Origin: Gemmatales bacterium
GTDB lineage: Bacteria; Planctomycetota; Planctomycetia; Gemmatales; HRBIN36
Length of the DNA stretch: 64,000 nt
Assembly (NCBI GenBank): GCA_041640595.1
Contig: JBEPZY010000002.1
Coordinates: 604,407 to 668,406 of the forward strand
Direction: 5' to 3'
Part shown: piece by piece, positions 1 through 9,607 of the stretch
How the letters are laid out: every line of letters starts with the position of its first letter
Numbering within the stretch: the stretch's first letter is position 1
The notes under the pieces: model-generated
Seen by the model: the letters and a program-made list of their open reading frames with translations, nothing else
Database searches by the model: none
Told to the model about the DNA's origin: nothing
Program-made: the position numbers and the translations under genes

Positions 1-226
1 AACCGACCGACCTGCTGCCGATCCTGCGGAAACCTGGTGGTGGTGATGGAATTATCCCCACTTTATGACCAGGGCAACATGATCCCGTAGTGGCGATGGA
101 AATTCGGTGATCTGAGGTGTATCAATGTGACTGGGTACCGGCAAATAAATTAGGCGAGCTACCGCATTGCCCTTCGCCATACCGCATGCGCTGTACCCTC
201 TAAACCGCCACACACAGGAGATGACC

Positions 227-1060
227 ATGCTCAGGTTAAGCCGAATCGGGTGCGTCGCTTTTCTCGCTGCCGCGTGCATGCTGACGACGGCCATGCTCTG
301 GGCCGACAAGAAGAAAGACTCCAATTCTGCCGACGACAATACCGTCGCCGCCCGCGTTAAGGAAGTGGATGCGGGCAAGAACACGCTCACCGTCCTTATC
401 GCCAGCAAGAACGGTGAAAAGCGGGTCGAAGAGAAAACCTTTACGCTGCGTCCGCAAACACGCATTGGCTGGATCGTCGGCAAAGGGCAGGAGCCCAAAC
501 CGGGCAAGCTCTCAGAACTGCAACCGGGCGACCAGGTGATCCTGCGTCTGTCGGCAGACGCTAAAGAAGTGCAGGGGCTGGAAGCTTTACCGCCAACGCT
601 GCATGGGACCATCCGCGCTATCGCGGCCGAGCGTCGCACCATCACCATCGGTGCCAAAGACAAAGGCGGGCCGACCGAGCGTGAACTCATCGTCCCAGCA
701 GACGCTAAAATCCTGCTGAGCGACGGCGTGAGCAAGAACGAAGCTCCGAAAGAAGGCAAGCTGACCGACCTCAGCGAAGGTCTATTCGTATCGGTGGCGC
801 TGGGGCTGGATCGTAAAACGGCCCAGGTCGTCCACGCCCAGGGCCCAAGCGTTGCCGGCACCCTTCGTGGATTCGACGCCGGAACTCGCACGCTCACCAT
901 CCAGGTCAAAGAAGACGGTCAGCTGGTGGAAAAATCGTTTCGCCTGGCTGGTAACGCACGAGTGGAAGGGGAATTGACGCCGGGTGAACTGGTTCATCTG
1001 CGGCTGTCTGTGAGCGATCGCGCCACCGCTGTTGCCGTGCAGGTCGGCAAGAAGAAGTAA
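227..1060 (+). CDS. Secreted hypothetical protein with three tandem small beta-barrel (OB/DUF5666-like) repeats
   Basis: AGGAG before ATG 227 (ATG 221 also possible); signal-peptide-like N-terminus; repeats VKEVDAGKNTLTV / IRAIAAERRTITI / LRGFDAGTRTLTI. Confidence 0.65.
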   Translation: MLRLSRIGCVAFLAAACMLTTAMLWADKKKDSNSADDNTVAARVKEVDAGKNTLTVLIASKNGEKRVEEKTFTLRPQTRIGWIVGKGQEPKPGKLSELQPGDQVILRLSADAKEVQGLEALPPTLHGTIRAIAAERRTITIGAKDKGGPTERELIVPADAKILLSDGVSKNEAPKEGKLTDLSEGLFVSVALGLDRKTAQVVHAQGPSVAGTLRGFDAGTRTLTIQVKEDGQLVEKSFRLAGNARVEGELTPGELVHLRLSVSDRATAVAVQVGKKK

Positions 1061-1298
1061 GCGCTCGGCCGATCCCCGCAACCGCTTACCTACCGATGAC
1101 GCACCGGCGGACAGGCCATCAAGGCGGTTCCGCCTAGTCGTCAGGGCTGTAACTGCGCTTTGCCAGCACAGCAGGCCGCACCGTTACCGCCACCGCGCCG
1201 AATTTGCCACGATCCGCGCTGCATGTTGGCTTTTTCTGATCCGTTTCGTAATGTGAAGCTGAGGCAATGTTCCGGAAAAACCAAACAAGGAGCTAGCC

Positions 1299-1973
1299 AT
1301 GTCGTGCCAACCTCGGTGGTGTGTGCGTGCGATTCGGTTCGTTGCGGTGTCAGCGATTGTCCTTTTGCCAGTAGCGCTGATGCTGCTTTTGGGCCTGGCC
1401 TGGAACCGTGCCTGCGTACAGGCTCAACCGGGCACTGGCGGAAAAGGGGATTATTATCCGCTTCGTCCCGGAGCCCGCTGGGATTACCGCGTCAAAGTCG
1501 GAGATGAAGTCCAGGGAGCCATTTCGGAGGTAGTAGCAACCATTGAAACCGTCAACAATGTTCCCCTGGTCCGGCTGGAAACGCAGGTGAAAGGCAAAAC
1601 CGTTAGCTCCGAGCATTTGCGGGTTACCAAGGATGGGGTCTATCGCCACCGGATCGGCGGAATAGAAATGAAGGTTCCAGTACCGGTGCTGCGCTATCCG
1701 GTAAAAGCCGATGACTCCTGGGAACAGACAACGATGGTCGGGCAGCAGACAATCAAGGGCAAGGTTACCACGCGGTTTGAGGAGGTAGAAGTGCCGTTGG
1801 GCAAATTCAAAGCTTTCGTGACGGACATCAAAGCAGAAGCGGAGGGCAAACCTATTCACTCAACAATCTGGTTCGCAGAGGGAGTTGGCAAAATTAAACA
1901 GACGCTCGACCTTGGGGCAGTGCAAGTCACGCTCGAACTGGAAAAATTCACACCAGGCAAGGTGCAACCTTGA
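1299..1973 (+). CDS. Exported hypothetical protein (YYPL..G..W.Y / V.VP.G.F / IWFA.GVG.IK family)
   Basis: AGGAG RBS; hydrophobic N-terminus; motifs DYYPLRPGARWDY, EVEVPLGKF, IWFAEGVGKIK. Confidence 0.7.
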   Translation: MSCQPRWCVRAIRFVAVSAIVLLPVALMLLLGLAWNRACVQAQPGTGGKGDYYPLRPGARWDYRVKVGDEVQGAISEVVATIETVNNVPLVRLETQVKGKTVSSEHLRVTKDGVYRHRIGGIEMKVPVPVLRYPVKADDSWEQTTMVGQQTIKGKVTTRFEEVEVPLGKFKAFVTDIKAEAEGKPIHSTIWFAEGVGKIKQTLDLGAVQVTLELEKFTPGKVQP

Positions 1974-1984
1974 GGGAGAAAACT

Positions 1985-2392
1985 ATGGCATTGCGGTTTG
2001 TCACGGCGAAAGAGATGCAGGTGGAACACCTGCCCTGGGGGCCTCACGATTGGCTCTGCCGACCGGGTCTGGTGGAGGCGGAGCAATTACTGCTGGTGCG
2101 GGTGCACATGCCGCCGGGTAAAGCGCACGCTTTCCATCGCCATCCCGAGATGGAGGAAATCATTTACATCCTCGAAGGCACCGCCGAGCAGTGGGTGGAT
2201 CGGGAAAAACGCATTCTGGGTCCCGGCGAAATCGCCCACATTCCCAGGGACGTGGTGCACGGTACCTACAACATCGGCCAGCAGACGCTGCGGTTCCTGG
2301 CCATCTTATCTCCCGCCAAAATCCAGGGCCCGCCTCTGATTGACATGAGCCAGGAAGAACCGTGGAAATCCCTGCGTCCGTATGCGGGCTGA
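1985..2392 (+). CDS. Cupin domain protein
   Basis: Cupin metal motifs HAFHRHPEMEEIIYILEG and PGEIAHIPRDVVH; GAGGGAG RBS. Confidence 0.9.
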   Translation: MALRFVTAKEMQVEHLPWGPHDWLCRPGLVEAEQLLLVRVHMPPGKAHAFHRHPEMEEIIYILEGTAEQWVDREKRILGPGEIAHIPRDVVHGTYNIGQQTLRFLAILSPAKIQGPPLIDMSQEEPWKSLRPYAG

Positions 2393-2564
2393 GCTCTCGT
2401 TACTTAGAAAACCTGGCCAGCACTTGGCTGGAAACCGCGATAATTTGCCTGCGCAGGCTTGCGACGGTAACGGTGCTGCGTCGTGCTTCCGGGATGGCGA
2501 ACGTAAGAGCTTACGGCGGGCCGTTTTTTACGGCGATAGACGGTCGGGAAAGCTGGTTGTCGCC

Positions 2565-2728
2565 GGGGAGTGTGAATTTGCTTCGGCAAAAACCGGTTTG
2601 GGCGGAGATGAAAGGAGCTAAAGGAGGGGTGGGCAGCGCGAATTTGTTTTGGCTAAAGCGCCATCCGCTGGGGCTTGGAACTTCAGCCGACGTTCGGCAG
2701 GCAGCGCGAAATCGCTTCGGCAAAACCA
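2565..2728. repeat. Three degenerate 30-bp direct repeats separated by 36-38 bp unique spacers
   Basis: GGGGAGTGTGAATTTGCTTCGGCAAAAACC (2565), GGGCAGCGCGAATTTGTTTTGGCTAAAGCG (2631), AGGCAGCGCGAAATCGCTTCGGCAAAACCA (2699). Confidence 0.6.
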
Positions 2729-2808
2729 CGAGCCAATGCCGACCGGCTGAGTGAACATGACACCTGCGGACGCATCGCGTTGGCGAGGATGAGCGTAACC
2801 GCAGTGGA

Positions 2809-2916
2809 AAAGCTGTTGTTGGCCCGGTAATGCCATTGCGTTCATCGCGGCAAGCATTGCCCATAAGGCCGCGCGGTCGTCGAAAGCTGTTGATGGCCTG
2901 GTAATACCATTGAGTT
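2809..2916. repeat. Two 34-bp direct repeats with a 40-bp spacer
   Basis: AAAGCTGTTGTTGGCCCGGTAATGCCATTGCGTT (2809) vs AAAGCTGTTGATGGCCTGGTAATACCATTGAGTT (2883), 30/34 identical. Confidence 0.8.
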
Positions 2917-3185
2917 GCTGCTGGAAGGCTCGGCTGCTGATACGGTTATCGGTCGGCTCTGGTGTGACTGAGTTATCGGTCGAAACTGCGTGACCGACAC
3001 TGAAACCCCGGCTGGCATTGAAGCGGGCGAGCAGTTTCGCTAAACACAGTTGGGCGTCGCAAACGAAGCCATCCACGGCTGGCATGGGCGGTAATTGGCA
3101 GGGAATGGGAAATGCCATCCATGGGAACATCCTCGTTTGTTCCGCCACCGAGAAAGCAAAACGAAAGCTTGCTGGGAGAAGAGTA

Positions 3186-4016
3186 ATGAATCGGACAAGC
3201 ATGCGGTTGCTCGAAATGGAAATGCTGGAGTCGCGTGATTTGCCGGCGGGCACGGTAACGGTTACGCAGACCGGTACCGCGTTGAGGCTGGTGGGGGATA
3301 GCCTGGCCAATAGCGTCGTCGTTACCGCCACCGGGCCAAATTCGCTGTCGCTGCGTGCAGAAAACGGCACAACCATTGTTGGCCCAACTCGCGTCACGGC
3401 AATCAGCAGAGTGTATCTCGACCTGAGGGACGGCGACGACAATGTTGTTATCGAAAGTCGGCGGCCGTTCCAGGGTTCTATCGTCGTTTCCCTGGGCAGA
3501 GGAAATGACAAGTTGGCTATCGGCTTCGGTCGCTACCACGGCTCGGTGCTGGTGATCGATGAGCAGGGAGATAACACTATTCACCTGTTCGGCGGACAGT
3601 TTTATGGTGATGTCGTGGTGAACACTGGTTCGGGCAACGATGCCGTGCATGCTTTTGCGTCGCAATTTTACCGCCGCTGGCAACTGAACACCGACGGCGG
3701 AAATGACATCGTGACTATTGCCGGGTGTCAGGCTACCGGCCCAATCAGCGGAGATCTCGGTGCGGGCAACGATGAACTGCACATTGGTCTTTCGAGTTTA
3801 CGTTCTTCTGTGCGGTTCGACATGGGAGACGGCAACGACCGAGTGAATCTGGTTTTCACGGGGTTTGCGATGGAAGGCGAGGCAGCTCAATTTATCGGTG
3901 GGCCTGGGTTCGACATCATCGAAATGACCGGGGTCTTCGGCATGGTATCCACGCAAGGTTTCGAGCGGGAAATCGGTTCGCCTTTCCTTCCGCTTTCTGG
4001 TCCTCAGAACCCCTAA
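3186..4016 (+). CDS. Planctomycete extracellular protein with LExLExR motif and GxGND-type repeats
   Basis: GGGAG RBS before ATG 3186; LEMEMLESRDLPA; repeats LGRGND, TGSGND, TDGGND, LGAGND, MGDGND. Confidence 0.8.
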   Translation: MNRTSMRLLEMEMLESRDLPAGTVTVTQTGTALRLVGDSLANSVVVTATGPNSLSLRAENGTTIVGPTRVTAISRVYLDLRDGDDNVVIESRRPFQGSIVVSLGRGNDKLAIGFGRYHGSVLVIDEQGDNTIHLFGGQFYGDVVVNTGSGNDAVHAFASQFYRRWQLNTDGGNDIVTIAGCQATGPISGDLGAGNDELHIGLSSLRSSVRFDMGDGNDRVNLVFTGFAMEGEAAQFIGGPGFDIIEMTGVFGMVSTQGFEREIGSPFLPLSGPQNP

Positions 4017-4078
4017 CGTCGGACTTGCAAGGTGCAGTGCATTCGCGGGAATCGTTCCCGAAAGCCGGGAAACCTGAC

Positions 4079-4531
4079 CTATGTGCCGGTTTCGAGTTCC
4101 ACCGGATGCAGACCGCTGCGGTCCACAAGAAAACGCCAGCGGTACCGGTCGGTGCGAATCAGCAGGTAAAACGCCCCGGGGCCTTTCGGGGTAACGCGGA
4201 TTTCCTGGATAGTTTGCCCGGCCAGTGTAGCCAGTGCCTGATTGGCCTGGGTAAGGGCGGACTGAAGCTGCTGGCCTTGCGGCGTGAGCTGGAACAGACG
4301 CTCGGCCTGCATTTCAACGTGAGGCCCGTAAAGTTTGCGGAGTCGGCCGCCTTCCAGAGACACACTCAGCACGTGGCCGAGCGCACGTAACATCTCCTCA
4401 TCGAGTTCGCCCGTTTGCACGGCCGACTGGAGGGCGTCGCAAATCGAACGGGCCTGCGGATCGGAGATATGCCGGGCATAGGCGGCTATTTCCTGCAGCA
4501 GCGCTTGCTGTAATTCCGGGTCGGCAGACAT
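4079..4531 (-). CDS. Hypothetical protein, last gene of the sulfate-assimilation operon
   Basis: 150 aa ORF starting 3 nt after the cysH stop; protein-like composition. Confidence 0.75.
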   Translation of the reverse strand: MSADPELQQALLQEIAAYARHISDPQARSICDALQSAVQTGELDEEMLRALGHVLSVSLEGGRLRKLYGPHVEMQAERLFQLTPQGQQLQSALTQANQALATLAGQTIQEIRVTPKGPGAFYLLIRTDRYRWRFLVDRSGLHPVELETGT

Positions 4532-4534
4532 GGA

Positions 4535-5353
4535 CTAATCTCGGTTGAGATTGGCAGCTTCACCGAGGATGGCCTGGACCTCGTGCTCAAATCCGCCGGT
4601 TTCAATCGGGCAGTGCATGCCGCATTCCTTTGGAGCGTTAGTTTCCCACCACCAGCGTCCGGCACGGCTATCCTCGCCGGGCTGCACCGCGCGAGTGCAG
4701 GGAGCACAGCCGATACTTTTGTAGCCCTGCTCGTAAAGTTTGTGGATTGGAACGCCGTTGTCCCGGGCGTATTGCCAGACCTCCTCTTCCGTCCAGTCGG
4801 CGAGCGGATTGAGTTTGAGGATGCCGCCGTGGTCGTGGTCAATTTCGACCTTGCGGATGTTGGCGCGGGTGGCCCACTGATCGCGGCGCAGGCCGGTAAT
4901 CCAGGCGTCCAGCTGATTCAGGGCGCGGGTCAAAGGCACCACCTTCCGCACATGGCAGCACAACAACCGCAATTCCACACTTTTGCGGAACAAGTTAACA
5001 CCGTGTTTGCGAATCATCTTCTCGACGTGAGCGGCTTCGGGAAAGAGCACCTCGATGGCGATGCCGTACTTGGCACGCACTTCGTCCATGAGGTCGTAAG
5101 TTTCCTGAGGCAGTCGGCCCGTGTCCACGGTGATGACCCGTACCTGCGGATTGATCCGCCAGGCCATGTCCAAAAGCACCAGCGTATCAATCTGGAAACT
5201 GGTGACGATAGCCAGGCGGGGATGGAACCGCTCGAAGGCCCACTGGAGCAGGTCTTCAGGTGGACGGTCGTCAAAATAGACGGCCCACTCACCAGCTTCC
5301 TGGTCATCCATCAGTTCGACACGCCGAGTTTGCAGTTCGCCATTTGTGCTCAC
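4535..5353 (-). CDS. cysH: Adenylyl/phosphoadenylyl-sulfate reductase, 4Fe-4S APS-reductase type
   Basis: DTGRLPQETY, CCHVRKV, WITGLRRDQ, GYKSIGCAPCT, RAGRWWWE, KECGMH. Confidence 0.95.
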   Translation of the reverse strand: MSTNGELQTRRVELMDDQEAGEWAVYFDDRPPEDLLQWAFERFHPRLAIVTSFQIDTLVLLDMAWRINPQVRVITVDTGRLPQETYDLMDEVRAKYGIAIEVLFPEAAHVEKMIRKHGVNLFRKSVELRLLCCHVRKVVPLTRALNQLDAWITGLRRDQWATRANIRKVEIDHDHGGILKLNPLADWTEEEVWQYARDNGVPIHKLYEQGYKSIGCAPCTRAVQPGEDSRAGRWWWETNAPKECGMHCPIETGGFEHEVQAILGEAANLNRD

Positions 5354-5386
5354 GTACCTTTCCCTCCGGATCTCTGCTTTATGCGA

Positions 5387-7060
5387 TCACGTGAGATTAG
5401 GTGCAGAAGGTTCGCCGCGGGCGAGTCTCTGGATTTGCTCGTCGCTGAGGCGGGTGAAAAACTGTTGCAGCGTCTCGCCGTTTTGCCGTTGCACCAGCCA
5501 GGCCCGCACCAGGCGTTCGAGGGTGAATTTCAGTTCGGTGCCGGGAACGCGGCGGAGCACGGCTTTGCCGATCGCTGCCGACTGCCCCAGTCCGCCACGA
5601 AGCAGTACATCATACGCCTCGACTTTGCCCTGGGACGTGGTCAGCGTGGTGCCCTGAATGCCGATGTCCCCGACCCAGTGCTGGCCGCAGGCGTGCGGGC
5701 AACCGTCCAAGTAAATCCGCAGGTCAGCGATGGCCGGGCCAAACTGCTGTTCCAGATGCTCGACAATTTCGACCAGTTTTGTCTTGGTTTCGCCGACGGA
5801 AAAATTGCAATGCGGTTCGCCGGTGCAGCCGATACTGTGGCCGCGAATCGGATTGACCGCCAGCGACAGACCTGCTTGCTGCTGCAACCGAGCCAGCGTT
5901 TCGTCGGTGCGCTTTTCCGGCACGTGCACCAGGATCAGGTTCTGTTCGCGGGTAAGGCGGATTTCCGCCCCGATTTCCTCCGCAATGTCCGCTATCGCCA
6001 GCATCTGCTCAGCTCGCAAAATGCCGGGAAACACGGGCACGCCGATATAAACCTTGCCCGGCTGTTTCTGCGGATGGACGCCGAGATGGTCGGTGCGGCC
6101 TTTGGGTTGTGGATTGACCTTCAGGTCGGTGAGTTTGCGGCCGAGATGGTTTTCGATCATCTCGCGGAGCTTTTCCGGCCCGTAGTCATCCACCATGAAT
6201 TTGAAGCGGGCCTTGGCGCGGGACATGCGATATTTCAGATCGTTGCTCCAGATTTCCAGAACTGCTCGCGGTACCTCCAGCGCTTCGTCGAGCGTAACGA
6301 ACACGCCGAGCGGTTTGGCAATCCGCGGCACCGTGGAAAGTCCGCCGCCGACCCAGACGGCAAATCCCGGCACGCCATCCTGAATCGTTCCCACCAGAGC
6401 CACGTCGTGAATTTCCGGGGCGTTGCAATGGTATGGGCAAGCGGAAATCGTCCACTTGTGTTTGCGGGGCAGGTTGCCGTATTGCGGATTGCCGCTGAAC
6501 CGGCGGTGCGCTTCCAGCACGACCGGCGTGGCGTCGAAGAGTTCCTCGGCATCAATGCCCGCTACCGGGCAGCCGGTGATATTCCGCAGCACATCGCCGC
6601 AGCCGCCTTTGGTCGTCAGGCCAGCCGCCTCCAGACGAGGAAAAATCTGCGGCAAGTCGGCGATGCGAATCCAGTGTAGCTGAATGTCCTGCCGCGTGGT
6701 AATTTCGCCGTAACTGCGACCGAAGTCCCGCGACAGTTCGCCGATGGCTCGTAATTTCTGCGGCGTGAGCAACCCGTTGGGCAACTTGATCCGCATCATC
6801 ATGAAACCGACTTTCGGCTTGTCGTGGTAAAGCCCCCACCACTGGAAGCGCAGCATGTCCTCTTCGGGGATTTCCTCATAGGGGGTAGCGGCGAGACGGT
6901 CGAACTCGGCGGCCAGGTCATAAGGAAACTTCTCGTGCTTGATGCGTTCGACGTAATTGCGTTTGCGCACTTCTTCCCAGGTGAGCGGACGTTCTGGTCG
7001 GGAAGTTCGTGCGGGTGTCGCACCGCCAGTCACTGGGGGAACGGCAGGTGTTTCGGACAC
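5387..7060 (-). CDS. Ferredoxin-dependent sulfite/nitrite reductase (siroheme, 4Fe-4S)
   Basis: TTRQDIQLH, RNITGCP, LPRKHK, CTGEPHC...GCPHACG; GTG 7060 preceded by GGAG; adjacency to cysH favours sulfite as substrate. Confidence 0.92.
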   Translation of the reverse strand: MSETPAVPPVTGGATPARTSRPERPLTWEEVRKRNYVERIKHEKFPYDLAAEFDRLAATPYEEIPEEDMLRFQWWGLYHDKPKVGFMMMRIKLPNGLLTPQKLRAIGELSRDFGRSYGEITTRQDIQLHWIRIADLPQIFPRLEAAGLTTKGGCGDVLRNITGCPVAGIDAEELFDATPVVLEAHRRFSGNPQYGNLPRKHKWTISACPYHCNAPEIHDVALVGTIQDGVPGFAVWVGGGLSTVPRIAKPLGVFVTLDEALEVPRAVLEIWSNDLKYRMSRAKARFKFMVDDYGPEKLREMIENHLGRKLTDLKVNPQPKGRTDHLGVHPQKQPGKVYIGVPVFPGILRAEQMLAIADIAEEIGAEIRLTREQNLILVHVPEKRTDETLARLQQQAGLSLAVNPIRGHSIGCTGEPHCNFSVGETKTKLVEIVEHLEQQFGPAIADLRIYLDGCPHACGQHWVGDIGIQGTTLTTSQGKVEAYDVLLRGGLGQSAAIGKAVLRRVPGTELKFTLERLVRAWLVQRQNGETLQQFFTRLSDEQIQRLARGEPSAPNLT

Positions 7061-7165
7061 AGCGATTCTCCGTTCAGAGTCGCCGCCAATTGCCGATTGG
7101 CCAGCCACACAAGGCATTATCGTCCCGAAAACCGAAACGGCCACAGGCGAATTTCAATCCCACGT

Positions 7166-7194
7166 ATTTTAGGTAACATAGTCGTATTGGTCAA
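7166..7194 (-). promoter_or_regulatory. Sigma70-like promoter of the sulfite reductase-cysH operon
   Basis: TTGACC-N17-TAAAAT on the minus strand in an AT-rich patch. Confidence 0.65.
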
Positions 7195-7300
7195 CAATTC
7201 CCTGTCAGCGACTGGTTCATTGCTGGCGTTAGACGGGGATTTCATCGCTCGGGCCTGCGATCTCGCGTGTACGGGCCTTTAATTCGCGGCAAAACGGTCT

Positions 7301-7702
7301 TTATGAGCCGGACTGGCCAGACGTGGTTTCGCCGGAACCCCGATGCAACTTCAGCCAGCGTTGCACTGCCTTCTTACTCAACTGCCGCAGCGATTCTTGC
7401 AGTTGCTGAAGGGTCAGGCCGGCAATTTTGCGGGGAAGTAAAACGTAGTCATAACCAGTCGGAATCTCCGGCTTGCACAAACGGAAGGCTTCCCGCAGTA
7501 ACCTGCGAACCCGGTTGCGAACGTGTGCTTTGCCCCATCGTCGGGCTACGGACAAACCCACGCGTGCCCAGGGTAACTGGTTCGGGGCCACCAGCACCAC
7601 CAGCCATTCGTCCGCTGCTGAACAACGATTCTGAAAAATTCGATCGAAGTCGGCATCGGACCGGAGACGTTCCCGTCGGGACAGACCGTAACGCTTGGCC
7701 AT
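7301..7702 (-). CDS. rnpA: Ribonuclease P protein component
   Basis: ERLRSDADFDRIF, RVGLSVARRWGKAHVRNRVRRLLREAFRL (RNR motif). Confidence 0.93.
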   Translation of the reverse strand: MAKRYGLSRRERLRSDADFDRIFQNRCSAADEWLVVLVAPNQLPWARVGLSVARRWGKAHVRNRVRRLLREAFRLCKPEIPTGYDYVLLPRKIAGLTLQQLQESLRQLSKKAVQRWLKLHRGSGETTSGQSGS

Positions 7703-7896
7703 GGGAGAATTCGGTTGTGGCGCGGTAATTCCAGCTGGCCCACGGTCAGGCGTGTCCGCGCTTCTGGCGATAATGGCAGGCGACGTTTAGTGGTTACGGC
7801 AGGCGAAGGTTTAGCAGGTTCGCGGTTCGGTGTGCGGCAGGGCACTGCTTTTGGCGTGATACGCAACGCTGGAAGCCGGGCTTGCCTTCCGACGCA

Positions 7897-8820
7897 CTAC
7901 AGACGCATCTCCGACCGCGGATTATAGGGGTTGCGTCGGGCAAATTCCTCGAGCAATCGTCGGCTTTCCGGGTCGAGGTGTTTCGGCAGGACAATGCGCA
8001 GTTCGACATACAGATCGCCGCGTTGACTGCTGCCAGGAATCGGAAACCCATGCCCGCGAATGCGCAGTCGCTGCCCGGACGATACTCCAGGGGGCACGGT
8101 TACCGACAGGGTCTCATCCAGTCCAGGCACATCAATTTTGCCGCCGAAGACTGCTTCCTGCAGCGAAATCGGCACCTGCACGACCAGATCGTTGCCTTCC
8201 CGGCGGAAATACGGATGCGGACGCACGCGGATTTTCAAATACAAATCGCCGCCTTCGATACCCTGGCCCCGTAACCGCAGCGTTTGTCCGTCGGTGGTGC
8301 CCGGTGGGATATTGACGCGAAGCACAGTCGGTCCGGTGTCGGGCCGATGAACCGACAATTCGATGGGGCCGCCGCGGGCCGCCGTCACAAAATCCACCTC
8401 GATTTCCTGATGGGTATCCTGACCGGTGGGCCAGACAGTACGCCGCCGCTGACGCCGCTGGCCAGGCATGGACCCGAAGATCATTTCGAACAGGTCCGCG
8501 GCATCCACACCCTCGCCGAAAAAGGTGGTGCCTCCCGGTCCCCAGCGAAACTCGAATCCGCCAAACGGACCGGTCTGGGCCCCCGCCTGGGCGCCGGCAT
8601 GTTCAAAGACCCGACCGTAACGGTCATACTGGGCGCGTTTTTTCTCGTCGCTGAGGACCTCATAGGCCTCCTGCACCTCGCGGAATTTGGCTTCCGCTTC
8701 TTTGTCGCCGGGATTACGGTCGGGGTGATACTTCATCGCCAGCTTGCGGTAGGCGCTTTTGATTTCCTCCAGCGTGGCGTTGCGGGGCACCCCGAGAATT
8801 TCGTAATAATCGCGTGGCAT
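7897..8820 (-). CDS. DnaJ-class chaperone without zinc finger (CbpA-like)
   Basis: J domain DYYEILGV...YHPDRN, G/F-rich linker, DnaJ C-terminal domain, no CxxCxGxG repeats. Confidence 0.93.
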   Translation of the reverse strand: MPRDYYEILGVPRNATLEEIKSAYRKLAMKYHPDRNPGDKEAEAKFREVQEAYEVLSDEKKRAQYDRYGRVFEHAGAQAGAQTGPFGGFEFRWGPGGTTFFGEGVDAADLFEMIFGSMPGQRRQRRRTVWPTGQDTHQEIEVDFVTAARGGPIELSVHRPDTGPTVLRVNIPPGTTDGQTLRLRGQGIEGGDLYLKIRVRPHPYFRREGNDLVVQVPISLQEAVFGGKIDVPGLDETLSVTVPPGVSSGQRLRIRGHGFPIPGSSQRGDLYVELRIVLPKHLDPESRRLLEEFARRNPYNPRSEMRL

Positions 8821-9151
8821 GGCTCAATGAATGCCGTACAGACACCGAAATTGGGCGAAATTGCCGTGCAGGAATTGGCCAGGTAAAGCCGCCTGGTAAT
8901 TGCTAAATCGGCTGCGCACCCATTACGGCGTTACCCCGGCCGGACCCGCACCTTCACTCGACCCGCCTGGGTTAGCCCTGCCGGTGGCGTCAATGCAACC
9001 CTGCTCGGTAGCGTAGCCGGCACAGTGTCAGCAACTGGCCGTAGGGATTTTAGCCGTCGGGCTAGAGCTAGGACAAGTAGCACGCCGTCAGATTTCGCCT
9101 GGTCTGCCACGCACACCGACCAGTGTTTGTGCCGAAAAGTGGCCGACCTGC

Positions 9152-9180
9152 TTGCAAACTCCTGCTTTGTTGTTTAGACT
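9152..9180 (+). promoter_or_regulatory. Sigma70-like promoter with no obvious downstream gene
   Basis: TTGCAA-N17-TAGACT. Confidence 0.5.
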
Positions 9181-9532
9181 GCAATGGGCAGGATGACCCC
9201 GGCCTGGAATCGAAATTATCCGTGCACTGCCTCCTGGTGTGCGCGGCGCTCTTTGCGACCGGCACCGCAAATAACGGATCGCGACCCAGCAAAGTTCCGA
9301 ACATCCTTGGAAACTCACGCGGCCCATCTGGAAAAACCTGCCGGGCCAGCGGTACCGGTGAGCGAAACAGCCGAGGTACCACTGAGCGAACCAGCCAACC
9401 CAGGCGTCTATCTAGCCGGTGCGAATAAAATAACGCTGCCGGCACAGCCTGATCCGCGAAAGGCGAATCTACTCCTTCGGACATAGATCCGCCGACATAC
9501 ACCGTGCCGGTAAATTCTGATCGCAATCCACA

Positions 9533-9607
9533 CGGGGTGGTGACTGGGTCGCCCTCACGGGGAGGGTGGACCCTGCGCTGGGAGTCATCACCCCGCTTTT
9601 TCTTTTT
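9533..9607 (+). terminator. Long nested hairpin followed by a T-tract
   Basis: CGGGGTGGTGACT pairs with AGTCATCACCCCG (13 bp, one G-U) around an inner hairpin GGGTCGCCCTC/GAGGGTGGACCC, followed by CTTTTTCTTTTT. Confidence 0.7.

Noticed and set aside
1..120. Possible 3' end of an upstream gene
   Set aside because: Too short to choose a frame or assign a product
2400..3030. Formal CRISPR array call
   Set aside because: Only 2-3 divergent copies per repeat, two different repeats, no leader or cas genes; CATTGAAGC at 3016 is out of phase. Kept as repeat findings only
2618..3511. 297-aa minus-strand ORF across the repeat-containing gap
   Set aside because: Overlaps the 3186-4016 gene antisense; no recognisable domain or RBS
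4583..6679. 698-aa plus-strand ORF
   Set aside because: Antisense shadow of the sulfite reductase and cysH, which carry clear family motifs; long shadow ORFs are common in GC-rich DNA
9186..9607. rnpB or tmRNA identity for the candidate RNA
   Set aside because: No GAGGAAAGTCC or CGGCTTA RNase P motifs; no tRNA-like ends or tag peptide ending in AA-stop
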